Position numbers and translations under genes: made by a program. Shown here piece by piece: positions 25,930 through 40,400 of a stretch of DNA of 64,000 nt. Under the pieces are notes generated by a model. That model made no database searches, was not told where the DNA came from, and saw nothing but the letters and a program-made list of their open reading frames with translations. The stretch's first letter is position 1, and every line of letters starts with the position of its first letter. The DNA is from Octopus vulgaris. Lineage: Eukaryota. Where the stretch lies: positions 113,708,001 to 113,772,000 of the forward strand of contig OX597819.1 in NCBI GenBank assembly GCA_951406725.2, written 5' to 3'.

Positions 25930-26460
25930 TGTCATTGTCAACAGTGACCAAGGACATCAGATGGGAGAAGTTGATGTGACATGGTGTGCCTAGCTGTTGC
26001 TGATTAGTCTTTGTGCTTTACAGGTCTTGCACTTGTAGTCAGCTGGGACTGAAGCCAGAGAGTTGACTATGGCCTGGTGCAGTTCATGTTTTCTTTGTGC
26101 CCCTGCAATCCCATTCTGTCCATAGGAGGTGGCACCTCAGTTGCTGCAGCTTTGCTAGGCAGGGCCATCTTGCACTTTCATTTCCCAGGTGTTAGGGTTG
26201 ATCTCAAAGTTCTTCAGTGAGGCTTTAGTGTCCTTGAAGTGCTTTTCCTGTCCACCTTTCATGCACTTTCCTTCTGCCAATTTACAGTAAAACAGTCTCT
26301 TGGAGAGTTGTGTGTCAGACATTTGAACAAGGTGACCTGCCCACCTGGCTTGTACTCTCTTCAGCAGAGTGTAAATATTTGGCAGATCAGCTCAAGAAAA
26401 GACCTCTGTGGCTGGGACCTTGTCTTGCCAGGTAATTTTTCAATAGCTTTCTCAGGCAGT
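25930..26460 (-). mobile_element. Degenerate RTE LINE 3' end
   Basis: Minus strand reads approximately RKSTSRTLKPH/ASLKNFEINPNTWE across frameshifts, like the RTE KRFKDTLK.SLK...I....WE motif. Confidence 0.55.
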
Positions 26461-26826
26461 TCTTTACGCCTATATAAATATGTGAGTGTATGTATACAGA
26501 CACACATACTTAAATGGAATTTAATAACCTGGTACCAATTTATGCAGGCTGAATTAACCAGTGATCATTCTGCACAAATCACATTCTACCATCATAACCA
26601 AGATTCTCACCTATCATAGCAGAATGCCATTTGTGCTACTTCATTGAATTAATTACCAGATAATTCAGCATAAAATCAGTGGTACTAGACCACTGAATTA
26701 AATCCCGCTAAAAGATTCTTTATCCATTTTTCCTATATTGTGTATGCTTTCTTCTAGTTTTGTATCAATGTACACACACATATATCGTACCATATATATA
26801 TTAATGTATACACTTGTATATTCCAG

Positions 26827-26917
26827 TTGTACTATTGTACCGTCCAACATTACTAAGAAATGTGAACGAAAAGTTCAGAAACCGAGATGCATCAGTTGCA
26901 GACATTCTACATTATAG
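26827..26917 (+). CDS. TTLL5: Candidate TTLL5 terminal coding exon: (S)CTIVPSNITKKCERKVQKPRCISCRHSTL*
   Basis: attccAG acceptor in phase 2 outside repeats, followed by about 5 kb nearly free of SINEs (UTR-like). No homology support. Confidence 0.45.
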
Positions 26918-27343
26918 CATTCTGACATCCTGGCAGATTTTAAAGATGATTGCTTTCAGAAGAAAGAATACTAATGGAAACAAAGAAGAAAAAATCCATA
27001 ATCTTTGCTCAAGCTTGTTATTAAGCAGATGTTATTCCCTTATCAGTTGAATCATTATATACCTTCTTCTACACATGTATGTGTGTAATGGAATGACATG
27101 CTTATGCAAATGATAATTCAAGAATAAAACAGAAAACAGAAACAAGGACAAACTCCTTGGCGCTAATAAAGCCCAGGCATGACCAATTTTCGGCAATGTC
27201 CCTGTATGACACATTTGTCCAGTCACTGGACATTGTGTGATTCAATTACCATCAAAAGATAGCATTGTTATTTCTTTTTTTTTTTTTTGGTCTCTAATTA
27301 TTATTTACAAGTTTGTACGATTTAATATTTGTTCGTGTGTGTA

Positions 27344-27374
<31 letters not shown>

Positions 27375-27715
27375 GTGCGTGTGCATGTGTGTGTATATTT
27401 GTGGACGTGCATATATGCGTGTGTGTATATGTGTGTATACATATACATGTGTGTGTGTGTGTGTGTGTATATATACATTATATGTATATTACTTGTATAC
27501 GTATGAATGTATATAAAATCAAAACAGTCATGAATGCTATTTAACATGCAAATGTACCATTAATTACTTTTGTTCCCTCTCGTTAAAGTCTAACTACAAA
27601 GCAAATGTGACTCTAATGTTATATGTCTGCTTTAAGTGTCTGTGATGACTCCATCACAATATAATTGTTTGTTTCAAAACCGGATCTCAGATCAATTCAG
27701 TTGACAAACTTGTAC

Positions 27716-27781
<66 letters not shown>

Positions 27782-30165
27782 TTTCTACATGTGTGTGTGT
27801 GCGTGTATACATGTACAAGTGTGAGTGTATGAGTGAATGTATGTATACACACACACACACACACCTTTTTATAAGACTAATAATGCTTGGCAACCTTTGC
27901 TCTTGTCTTCCAAGTTCCCTGGTCATTTGATATTACTCTTGTCTTTGCACTAAGTCACATGCTAATATTCACAGAAAGAAAAAAAAAATGATGAACTCCA
28001 TCCCAGAGTGTGAGTATGAACTTTTCCCAAATGAGCAAATAAAAGGCAAAATATTGTGATATCCAGACATGTTACTGAGAAGTTGAATTTCTAATGAAAG
28101 CACGTAGGGTGGAGGGTAGGGGGAAGATTCTGATATTTGGTCTCCTTTGATTTTTAAAGTATTTTTGATGTTGAGGGTAACATGTTTTGGTGTTTAGGCT
28201 TTTGGTTTGTTTTTTTTTATTTTAAATTCTGGTGCTTCTTTACCTGAAAATTTTTCAAGGTGTATTTAAAGTGTTTATCAGGAATAATGTTAAGATATAA
28301 TACATGCATATATATATATAAATATATATATAGATATACGATATACATTCAGACATGTATACACACACTCATACATTCATACTCACAACATACATGCATT
28401 CAGGTACACACACACACATTTATGAAAAACTGCAACAAAGATGACACAAACAAAACAAAATTTATTGTGATCGAAGTATATGCATGATCTATCAAAATCA
28501 CATCAGATAATGGATATGGCCTAAACATATTCTAAATATGTCTTCATTTTCAATCAAAGTAAGCACGAAACATTCTCATCCAACTATATGAAAAATTACT
28601 TAACAATATTGGCGTAATATGGTATGTTATTTTACCTGAAGATGTAATGTGTAACTAATTGTAGTTCCTGTAGTAAAGAACGAATCAGTAACTTTGATGT
28701 ATGCAAAACACAAGTAGTATAAACCGTTTACATATATCATCTGGGCAACAACCTCACGTGCATTTCAAAGCCCTTTTACAGTTACTGGCTACCATATATC
28801 ATCGTACCATGGGGTTACTCCATTTACTGGATATACACATGAGAATCCATGATAAGCACAAACTATATTATAAGAAATGGAATGAAGAGTTCATATACAG
28901 TAACAAAAATTCCAACCACTTGCATGTAGTTCTCAAAAGCTTTGTCAAAAACATTAACAGAAGTTTCTAACATTGTCAGATAAAGATATGTTCAATATAG
29001 TTATCTGTTGATATAACATACAAGCATTAATCAGACATGTTGTAAATCTATTAGTCTCTATGTTTCTGCCATCTACTAACAAGAAAAGATACTGAAAAAT
29101 CATTTAGTTAACCTTCCTTCCTTTTCCACTACACATCATTTAAAATGCCTAAAGGTTTGAGAGTCAACATTTCTCAACTGCTATTATAGAAAATTGTTTG
29201 ATAGAAACAAAATTGAAATTATGTTGGACATTAAACATAAAAAGACATTTACAAGGAAGTCAGCTGCAAAGCTTCATTTTCTTGGTTTCTGCCACAATGC
29301 CAAGGCAATTATTTCATAAAGGACATCTCCACAAAAGTCTTTATGCATGGTGAATGACAGATTCATATATTGCTATTTTCAAACAAACTTCTTCCTTCTG
29401 AAGAAGAATGCCAGGAAAACTATCCAACTGTATTTGGAAATGAAAAGTCAGTGGAATTACATTGGACATCCAAAGGAATGATTGTTGAATGATCAAGCTG
29501 TACATTAAAATGCCATAAAACTGCAGCTTATGTAATTTGGGGGGTGGGGGAATTCATCTTAAATAAATCTCCAACAAGAAAACAATTTAAATGTCAGATA
29601 TAATATTTCCAGCAAATGGCAGGTGCTTTTGAAAATTTCCTTTAAGAAATTGGTAAAAAAACACAAGACCAAATTAAAGCAGATTCACAATTTACCATAT
29701 ATGAAAGGATATACACAATTAAGTACCTGACTGTAATCTGTAGGTAATTTATAAAATATTTCAAAATGAATAAACTGAAATATCTAATCTAAAGGAATTA
29801 AAGGATCTCACAGAAACAAAAAGTTACACCGCATCCTACTAAATTCTATGTACAGATGTAGGCATTGTAAAACACATTCTGTGCTTTATAGAAGTATTTA
29901 GTTGCAAACTAGTTTGCATACAATATACTACAATACATACATATACACACACGCACATGCACACATATTGTACAGGTACACATGTCCATATATACTTGTG
30001 CAGTTATAAGTAGTTCTCAACAAATTCCACCCCAACTAAAAAAATTTGAGGTTTTTTGTTTGTTTTTTCTTTTGCTTCCCTTTACTTTTTATTTATGAGA
30101 AAGCAAAATAGTTGAATTCCATATAACTCTTCTTTCACCTCGTTGGGCTAATGTGAAAGGTTTAA

Positions 30166-30378
30166 GCCTTTTGTTACTGTATTTATTTTGAGATGCTCTG
30201 TGTTGCTTTCAGTTACTTTAAATATAACAAAGAATTTAATCAAATAACTTAGTTATCATTCAGCTAGTGTTAGGAACATGAATTGTGACTGAGGTCTGGT
30301 GGAAGATTTTAATTCAAAACTTAAGAAAAAAAAGACTCAGAGCTAGAGCTGGTTTCAGCCGGGTTGGTAACGAAAGGG
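30166..30378. mobile_element. piggyBac-type MITE, family 2 (inverted relative to 13625-13846)
   Basis: Reverse complement of the 13.6-kb copy; TTAA at 30162-30165 and 30379-30382. Confidence 0.88.
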
Positions 30379-30575
30379 TTAAAGCATCTTAATTTTGTTA
30401 GACATGGCAATTAGTCTATCCTCTTTCACTCATCCTTCTATGAGAATTATTGCATTAATGTACTCGTATACAATATTGTTCATGCAATCGAATCTGTTTC
30501 ACTAGTAAACATTTGTTTATATCACCTTTATATTAGGGGATGAAATATTTTTTCAAATGTAAAATAGGAATAATA

Positions 30576-30900
30576 ATGGGTGTGGTCCACTATAAGAATG
30601 GATATAATAAGTCTGGTCTACAGTTAGAACACATAGGATAGGCATGGTTCATTGTTAGATGTGGGAAAATGTTTATGGCTCTTAGAAAATATAAAATTCA
30701 ATTGTGGTCCAATATAAATTATGGGTGCGGTCCAATGTTTGAAAATAGAAAATATGGGCGTGGTCCAAAATATGTAAATATAAAATTTGGGTGTGGTAAT
30801 AAAAAGAAAAACGGAATTTCTGAATGGTTTACTATATAAAAAAAAAAGTATTAAGGATGATTATAAACTGTTGTTAAAAATGCAAAGATGGGTGTGGTTA
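30576..30900 (+). repeat. Degenerate 31-33-bp-period array with ATGGGYGYGGTCC core
   Basis: Cores start at 30576, 30607, 30638, 30669, 30698, 30721, 30754, 30787 and 30888. Confidence 0.75.
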
Positions 30901-31153
30901 AATAAGAAAAAAAATTGAGGGTTGCTATCCAGTATAAGAAAGAAAGACAGTCTACTGTAAGATGGTACCCCCAAATACTTCTGCTGTCTAAATTTTTCAT
31001 ATTGAAAATGTTGAACTTGTTGCAAGTGAGGTGCGAAGATGCCTTTTTCTAAAGGTTTTTATTGAATTTTTTGATTTTTATTCCCTCCAGTTTTATAACA
31101 TAAGTTGGGTTCATAACATGATGAGGATGTGTGTTTTTTTTATATTGTGTGTG

Positions 31154-31190
<37 letters not shown>

Positions 31191-34100
31191 GTGTGTGTAT
31201 GTATATACACGTGCGTATATATGAATGTCTATTATATTTATTTGTGTGTTTTACTGTTGACCAATTTGTAAGCTCCCTTGAAAAACAGGACAATAATCTA
31301 ATTTGTCTTTCTCATTTTCAACTATTTGACTCCTTTAGAAAGCAATGGATTTCACAACTTCCAGTTTCTCTCCCTCTCAAAATGTAAAGTTGTTCTGACT
31401 TTGTTGAATGTAATGATTATATTTGGTTTAAAGGTAATCATATACACACAATGGTGATGAAGAGTAAGGATGAGTGAGCAACATTATATTTGAGATTAAT
31501 ATATTCCTTGTTTCTGTATTTACAATACTACCATTGATTTCATGTGAAAATTTTGCAATGCCTTACCCAAAATGAAGACGGACTAACTACATTTTTAAGT
31601 AGGACCCTTGATAATTGCCAAGTTTTTGCATGAAACCGACAGTAGCATTGTAAACTAACAAAAAGTGTGTGTGTCCTTAACCAGTATAACACATCAGATC
31701 ATGTCTTTGCCACAGATTAATAATTTCACCAAGATGGACCAAAATTTTCATATCTCCTCCTTTATATTGTGGATTATTACTAAATATTTAAAGAGTTACA
31801 GGGAACCAGAATGCAGCACTTGGTAAAATCAGTGAATCTCAGGAAAAAAAAAATGATCTTTATATTCTGACTTGAAATATTTCTGAGGCTAGCTTTGCCT
31901 TTAGGGTCAATAAAATTGCTACGAAAAATATATTGGGAGTTGTTTCATTTGACTTTATCCCTCCTTTGTAACTTGTAACCTTGTGTTAATGTAAGAAATT
32001 ATTTAAGAACGTCATTTTGTGCATTGAAACAATAACGTGAATAAAATTTAGTTTAACAAAGTGATGTCTGTTATATGTATTCATACATATACATATATGT
32101 ATATATATATATATATGTGTGTGTGTTTGTGTGCTTATTATTAAGGCAGTTAGCTGGCGCAATTGTTAGTACACCAGACAAAATGCTTAGCATTTCCTCT
32201 GTCTTTGCATTCTGAGTTCAAATTCTGCTACGGTTGACTTTTTCCTTTTGGGGTTGAGAAAATATGTGCCAACTGAGCACCAAGGTTGATGTAATCCACT
32301 TTTTCCCACCTCCAAAAAAGCTTTCCTTGTACCGAGATTTGAAACCAATAGTTACATTAGACAATTTATATCAAGGTCATTTGCTCATAGTTTTGAAGAG
32401 ACGGAATTTCGAAACCTCATAAGCTCTAAAGTGGTTTGTTTCGTCATGTATGAATTGAGAAAAATAACTTTTCAAAGAAAATCAGCAAACTGAATTTTGT
32501 TATTTAATTCAAGCAAATTTTGGCACACAAAATTGGTGCACCTCTGACTTCTATGAACATTAAAATAAAATAAACGCCGGCATGCAAGGGAAGGAAGAAA
32601 ATATCGTGACATTACTTGTTAAGCTTTGGGCAATGAGGGACAAAATAATGGGCTTGGAAAGAAAAGTAAAAGCAGTAAATTTTCAAATGTTTCTTCAAAC
32701 CACTGAGTGCAACATAAAATGCAATATTAGCTCTTTGGTCATTTAACATTTCTTGAAGAAAAAGTACATGGTTACTTCCTAAATATCCAAATGCAAGAAA
32801 ATGATTGGATCAGAATTAACCCACAACAAACTGTTTGTTAGAATTGAGAAGTTTTAAAGAAGCGTCTCAATATGGCTGTGAAAGTCCAGAAAATTCTTCT
32901 GCCGTTTTTTACTACATGCACTAGGGAAGTTAGATTTTCAACTCTGACAGACTTAAAGAGACTGCAATGAAGAAGTTTAAGAATGCTAGATGAAATAAAA
33001 GAAGCATCAAATATTCAAAAAGTGTGCTCTTCACATCAAGTCCATGGTACCCTTTTTGAATTATTTCTATTTCCATACATTTTGTATTGTTTCTAGATTT
33101 GCTATCAAAATGATGGGTTACAAAAAATATTTTTAAAAAGTTTATCATCCATATGAAAATCAATACATGGCACATGACTGAAATCAATACATGGCACATG
33201 GAAATGACTGAAAGTTATATCAAATTGACAAAGGGCAATCTATTGACAGGAGATGTGTGTTTTTAAAAGTGAGTAGACCTGCTGGAATATTCTCCGAGTT
33301 TCAATCTTGTAAAACATCTGTCCTCTTAATTTATTTTTGTCTTGAATTCTAAGGTTCATAAGGTCAGTTATTTGGTTCCCATGGTGAGCAGGTGACTGAG
33401 ATCACAACATTCCCCTTGAAGAGAATCCCAGTTTGTTGCAGGGCTTAAGGCTAGCAATTTTGGGAAGACCCAAGCTAGTCAATTAAATTAGCCCCAGTTC
33501 TTTACTCGTACTTTATTTTAACCCTGAACAGATGAAAGATAAAAGTTGACCTTGGTGGGATTTGAACTTGAAATGCAAAGAATTGGAGAAAATGCTGCTG
33601 AGTATTTTATCCAATGTTCTAATGTTTCTGTCAGCTTACCATATTCTCTATAATGTAGGCATTAAAACGAATTTGGTTTCTGTGGATACTATGTTTAATC
33701 AGCCATGTAACAGTGTTGCAACTGAATGAACATGTAAACAATTTTATTCCTTTTTTCTTTACTTTGTTGCACACATTGAATCAGGATAGTCATGCGTTTA
33801 AGACGTTTACATGTTTTCAGGTTCAATCCTAGTCTATGGCATAGTAGACAAATGACTTCTATCATAACCTCTGGGACAGCCATCACAGTTGCAAAAGTAT
33901 ATGAGTGTGTGTGTATTTATGTATGTATATATAGTTGGAATTTACGAAAGATAAAGACAGGTGTGTAAACAACATATAGGTGTATTAGTTTAATGCTTGG
34001 GAAGGTGAGAAAGTCTTTTACGTTTCGAGCCTACTAGTAACAGAAAGGAACATGAGAAAATAAACAGAGAGAATAAAAAAAGGAAATTTTAGTAGCTAGC

Positions 34101-35004
34101 AGTCACACTCACACACATATTCATATGTGTTTATAAGTAGGAATGTAAAGTAGCATAAATGAAATGAAGGGAATAAGAGATAAACAGTTGGACAATGTGA
34201 GAGGTTACAACAGGGAGATAAAAATTTAAAAGGTTGTGGGCAAAATGTAAAGCAAAAAAAAGTTAACATAAAAGGTTGTGCACAATGATTGTACATCAAA
34301 GAAAGGGAAAAGGCTAAGACATATGCTAACCATTCAGGTGAACCCTTTCTCAAAATAGAGGAAGAAAAAAAGAAATGATATCTGTTTAAAACATGTGTAT
34401 CTTTGAGTTTATATTACAGATGTAGTCTTAGTCAAAACAGGGTGGAAAGAATTCAAAGAACTCTTATACCTCTTTTGACAAGAAAGAGATTCTGCTTTTG
34501 AGCAAAGAGTAGATTGTGTGATGTTTGTATATGAAGTGTGATCCTGCTTAAGAGTGAGATGTGGGTATCGAATATTGAGTGTGTGCATAGGCTGGAGTGA
34601 AATACATCAAGCATACCCAGCTGGGTATGTTATGTTTGTGTGCATGAATAATGAAGTACTGATGAGTTGAGAGAAAAACTGGTTACAAGAGGAATTAGTT
34701 GTAGAATGCAAGAGAGAACATTGCATTATTATGGTCATGAGATGCATATGGATGATGACAGTTGGATAAAAAAGTGCCAGGAGATCCAAGTATAAAGAGT
34801 ATTTGTGGAAGAGGAAGAAAACTTTAGAATGTTGAATCCTCCAAAGGAGTACAAGGAGCAAGCCACTGTGTAAGAAGAAACTCAGCCGACCCATGCAAGC
34901 AGACAAAGTGATGATGGATGATATTGATCACAAGTTGTAGACAATAATGTCAAAGGTTACAGGTTTCCAATGGGCCAACCATTGGTTTACTTTATTTTTC
35001 GTAG

Positions 35005-35080
35005 CAAGAGTGATAAATCTCTGTGTAACGCTGTGAAGAACAAATCCCAACAGAAGACTTTTATTTTCAAGATGCATTAA
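35005..35080 (+). CDS. TTLL5: Alternative candidate TTLL5 terminal exon: (S)KSDKSLCNAVKNKSQQKTFIFKMH*
   Basis: Strong acceptor tttactttatttttcgtAG; open in phase 2 to TAA at 35078-35080. No homology support. Confidence 0.3.
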
Positions 35081-35314
35081 ATTTTCAGCTTCATTGTTTT
35101 GCTTATGTTTATAAACTTTGCTAATATACATTAGCAAAAGGTATAGACATACATGCATACATACAGACAACAAGGTGGACCTCAACATAGATTGTGTCTT
35201 CCAAATCTCATTTTTCTGACATTAGTTAATTAAAAGCTATGACAAAAGGTGCTACTCAGTACACTTTAACTCACTACCAAGTGGTTGTGAAGTAAACTTA
35301 ACCACATGAACACA

Positions 35315-35795
35315 CGGTAATCCCTCAACTATCGTGGCTGATACGTTCCAAACCTCCTGCAATAGGTGAAAATCTGCAAAGTTGAAACAATACTGTACTG
35401 TATATTTTTTTAATTATTTTTATAACTTGTATATATTTATTTTATTATAAATGCAAAACAACACCACACACTTACCTCCCGAGTTTCATTTTCCATACAA
35501 TATGTGCGATTCTCTTCTTTACTCATCTACGGTACACTAACATATTTTCTTTTAATATATTTTAATTAATGTGTTTCACAGCGCAGTACTGTATTGTATT
35601 TTTAATTATTAATTTTTAGATGAGAAAATGCTTATTTTACCACAGGTATTTATATTTTTTGAAATTTTAATTATTTCTATCAGCTGCAGAAACCTGCAAC
35701 ATATTGAGAACTCTACAATATAAATTTACGTATATTAGCCAGTGATGTACTGAGGGCATGATAGGTGAACCACAATATGGTGAGTGATTAATGTA
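35315..35795. mobile_element. Degenerate pogo/Tigger-like MITE
   Basis: Ends cggtaatccctcaactatcgtgg ... ccacaatatggtgagtgattaatg-TA resemble CAGTAATCCCTCG-type TIRs. Confidence 0.55.
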
Positions 35796-38502
35796 AATAT
35801 ATGGAGACATATCTCTTAGCATTTAACCTTTTCTGCAACCTGAGATGATTATCAAACCAACTACTTTCATTTATCTATACAGCTTATCAGAACTCATTTC
35901 TGTCTACCAAGATATGGAGATAAAGTAGTGAAAGACTACTTATTAAAATGTACTCAAAATGCTTGTCAGGCACAATTCATCCTCATAATATAAGGTTTAT
36001 GGTCTGGCTATAATTACTACAGTACCAATACAGTATGGGTTACAAATAGTCATGTATATATGAATTTAGATTCTAGCTGCTTGGGATCAAGCCTCCTCTT
36101 CCCACTGCTCCTCCTCCCCTTTCTCTCCTCTTCATCATCATAATCATCAACATCGTTTTAATGTCCACTTTCCATAATAGCACAGGTTAGCTGAAATTCA
36201 TTAAGACAGTTCTTCCTAACACCAACCGACCCATACCTGTCTCCTGTTAAAGTAATATTTCTCCATTTTCCCTTGTCCTCCAGACATGAACAATATTCTG
36301 ATATGACATGTTTCCACAGAATATTGTAAATGAATGACACTGATTCTTTGATGGCAATGCCTGTTTACAACCAGCCTGTGATATCAAGACACGAAGACAT
36401 AAACGCACACATACATACTTGAACATATCTGTGTGTGAGTTTCAATATATAAATGTACATATATGCATAGGAGTGGCTGTGTGGTAAGTAGCTTGCTTAC
36501 CAACCACAAGGTTCCGAGTTCAGTCCCACTGCGTGGCACCTTGGGCAAGTGTCTTCTACTATAGCCTTGGGCCGGCCAAAGCCTTGTGAGTGGATTTGGT
36601 AGATGGAAACTGAAAGAAGCCCGTCGTATATATATGTATATATATATATGTGTGTGTGTGTTTGTGTGTCTGTGTTTGTCCCCCAAACATCACTTGACAA
36701 CTGATGCTGGTGTGTTTATATCCCTGTAACTTAGCAGTTCAGCAAAAAAGACTGATAGAATAAGTACTAGGCTTACAAAGAATAAGTCCTGGGGTCAATT
36801 TGCTCGACTAAAGGCGGTGCTCCAGCATGGCCACAGTCAAATAACTGAAACAAGTAAAAAATGTATATTAAAGCAGTGGGCTGGCAGAATCGTTAGCATC
36901 ATTTCATCCATCTTCACGTTCTGAGTTCAAATTCTACAAAGGTCAACTTTGCTGTTCATCCTTACAGGGTTGATAAAATAAGTACCAGTTGGATAATGAG
37001 GTCAATATAATCAACTTAATCCTTGCCCTGAAATTGCTGGCTTTGTGCCAAAATTGAAACCAATATATTTATATAAATGTGAATATTTGGGTATTTTGCT
37101 CAATATGTCTCTTTCAAATTTATATCTGTGGTTTACACTCATCTTTGATATCTTCTTAACTCTTTATCATTCATCTTGCTATCATTCATGTTTACATCAC
37201 TCATCCCTCACTCACTCACTCCTACCATTGTCCATCTCTCTCAACTACTGTCTCCACAATCACTTTGTTTCTACTATCACACACTGGCAATGTTCACCCC
37301 TAACCCTCTTCTACAATAACACCATCTTCTTGCCTTCTTAAGCATTAGCTTGTGTGAACAAATTCATCACTGAGTAATAAGGAGCTTCTACTCTTAGAGG
37401 ATACAAAACAAGCTCACCTAGCATTGGTGCTTTGATACAAATACACCCAGCACATCCTGTGAAGTGGCTGGCATCATGAGTTTTCAATGACAGAATCCAA
37501 GCTAAAACTTGAGTTGTATGAGATAGACTTGGTCCTCCCTCTCACTCATCTAGGAGGATAGTAACTTCAAATAAGATCTGGTGCAGAATATGACAACTCA
37601 TCCAACCCATGCCAACATGGAAAGTAGATGTAAACATATGGATGATTGAAAATTAAATCAATCAGACTAGTGATTAAGATGCTGAGCTAATGAGTTCAAA
37701 CCTTGCTGTTGCAATCTCTGTGTTGAATAATTAAGCACTGTTTGTAATTCTGTTTTTCTCACCTAATCATTTTTTTTTTTATATAAGTTAGAGAGGAGTG
37801 GCAGTGCTTCTGGCCTTTGCAACCCACCCACTGATTGGCGAGATCAATATGCGTCCAGTTAAACAAGTTCCAGTTGACTGATTAGTGATGACAAGAGTAT
37901 CCAGCTGTCAGATAAATAAATCACTAGCATAAAAGTCATCCTATCCGAACTAGTAAAGAATGATATAATGAATTCGATAATTGTTTTACTTCTCATGGAG
38001 AAATAGAAATGTAAGTCAACCTTGAATGGTTTGGTACCAATGCACTGAAAACTATACATGCACTATTTTACTCTTTTACTTGTTTCAGTCATTTGACTGT
38101 GGCCATGCTGGAGCACCACCTTTAGTCGAGCAAATCGACTGCAGGTCTTATTCTTTGTAAGCCTAGTACTTATTCTATTGGTCTCTTTTGCTGAACTGCT
38201 AAGTTACGGGGGACGTAAACACACCAGCATTGGTTGTCAAGCGATGTTGCGGGGACAGACACACAAACACATACAGATATGTATATATATATATATATAT
38301 ACATATATAAGACGGGCTTCTTTCAGTTTTCGTCTGCCAAATCCACTCACAAGGCTTTGGTTGGCCTGAGACTATAGCAGAAGACACTTGCCCAAGGTGC
38401 CACGCAGTGGGACGGAACCCGGAACTATGTGGTTGGTAAGCAAGCTACTTACCACAGAGCCACTCCTACACCTATAATATATTTGCAAATATTAATTGCA
38501 CT

Positions 38503-38543
<41 letters not shown>

Positions 38544-39734
38544 TTTGTGCTGATTCAATCAATTTATATTCATGTGATACCATTATCATTTTTCTGCTGG
38601 TTTTTCTCTTTTTTTAATTCTTTCCATGCTGACATGGGTTGGACAGGTGTTACAATATTCTGTCACTTATGCAGTTCATTGTTCTCTCTCACACAGTAAC
38701 AGAGAAAACTGGACAACTTTGCTGTTGTATTTGTTCTCTTAAGCATTTTCTTTTTTTTGTGTATGGATGGATGCCCTTCCTATCATCAATCACTTTGCAT
38801 GGTGTCATCATCATCATTGTAATGTCAACTTTTCTATGCTGGTATGAGTTGGATGGAGTTTATTGAGGCAGACTTTATATGGCCAGATGCCCTTCTTGTC
38901 ACCAATCCTCACCTGTTTCCAAGCAAAGTAATATTACCTCATGGTCAGACATGTTTTCAACAGAATATTGTAAACAAGTGATACTGTTTGTAGGACAACA
39001 TTCATTTACAACAATCATGCTATGTCAAGACTGGGACACATACATTCACACATACATACACACACGCACACACACATGACCAGCTCCTTTCAGTTTCCAT
39101 CTAGTAATTTTACTCACAAAGCTTTCGTTGGTCTGAGGCTGTAGAAGACATCAGCCCAAGGTACCATGCAGTGAAACTGAACCTGACACAATATGATTGG
39201 GAAGCAAAATTCTTAACCACACCCGCCACCTGTTCCTCACAGCCATCCTTGTATGAATTAGATCATACTGAGTCATAGAAATCCCTATATGGTTCTTAAA
39301 CTTCTATGAAAAGGGATGAATTTTCTGTGAGTCGTTAAAATAATATCCTTTTCTACTCTCGGCACAAGGCCTGAAAAATTTGAGGAGGGGCTAGTCGATT
39401 AGAGCGAACTCAGTACGCAACTGGTACTTAATTTATTGACCCCTGAAAGGATGAAAGGCAAAGTCGACCTCGGCAGAATTTGAACTCAGAATGTCAAGAC
39501 AGACAGAATACCACTAGACATTTCGCCCAGTGTGCTAACATTTCTGCCAGCTTGCCGCTTTTCATTAAAATAATATCAAATAATGAAGCTGAATTCCCAC
39601 ACAAATCTGTGGCCATGTGTCTGTTTTAAAAAAGACATGTTATCATTACTAAGTCCCTCATCGCTTGTAACACACACACATGCATACATATGTGCGTGCG
39701 TGCACACACACACACATATATGCATGGTGAGACC

Positions 39735-40400
39735 TTGGTGCTTTATTTAATTTTATGCTTGTGTGTGAACAGCCATGTAGCATACCAGTGAAACATGGAC
39801 TGTGACTGCCAAAGACATGCGTAGGCTTGAAAGAAATGAAGCTGGTATGCTTCGCTGGATGTGCAATGTCATTATGCACGTACAACAAAGTGTAAGCTTC
39901 TTGAGAGAAAAGCTGGGCATCAGATGCATCAGATGCAGTATGTAAGAGATGACTGCATTGGTATAGTCATGTGATGTGTATGGACAAGGACAGCTGTGTA
40001 AAGAAGTTCCAATCTCTAACTGTGGAGAGAACCTGTGGAAGGAGTAGACCCAGGAAGACATGGAACAAGGTGGTGAAGCATGATCTTTGAACATTGGGCC
40101 TCACGGAAGCAATGACAAATGACTGAGACCTTTCGCAATATGCCCTGCTTGAGAAGACTCATGAAGCCAAGTGAAACTATTATCATGATTAATGCTGGTG
40201 TCACATAACTGGTAGCCATGCTGGTGGCACATAACTAGCACTCATTATACTGTTAGAGTGGTTGATGCTAGGAAGGGCATCCAGCTGTAGAAACCATGCC
40301 AAATCAGATTGGAACCTGGTTCAGCCCTTCAGCTTACCATTTTGTCATACTGTCTAACCCATGCCAGCATGGAAAGCAGACGCTAAATGATGATGATGAG
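39735..40400 (+). mobile_element. RTE LINE 3' fragment with (GAT)n tail
   Basis: Degenerate SETW...EAGMLRWMCN...RPRKTW coding remnant followed by the family 3' end (aacccatgccagcatggaaagcagacgctaaatgatgatg). Confidence 0.85.

Noticed and set aside
26023-26240. Good-looking acceptor tttacAG as next TTLL5 exon
   Set aside because: Lies inside the antisense strand of an RTE LINE remnant.
30576-30900. CRISPR-like repeat-spacer array
   Set aside because: Eukaryotic context, cores only about 13 bp and degenerate, no cas genes.
33811-33897. ttttcAG-flanked candidate exon
   Set aside because: Matches a decayed family A SINE head.
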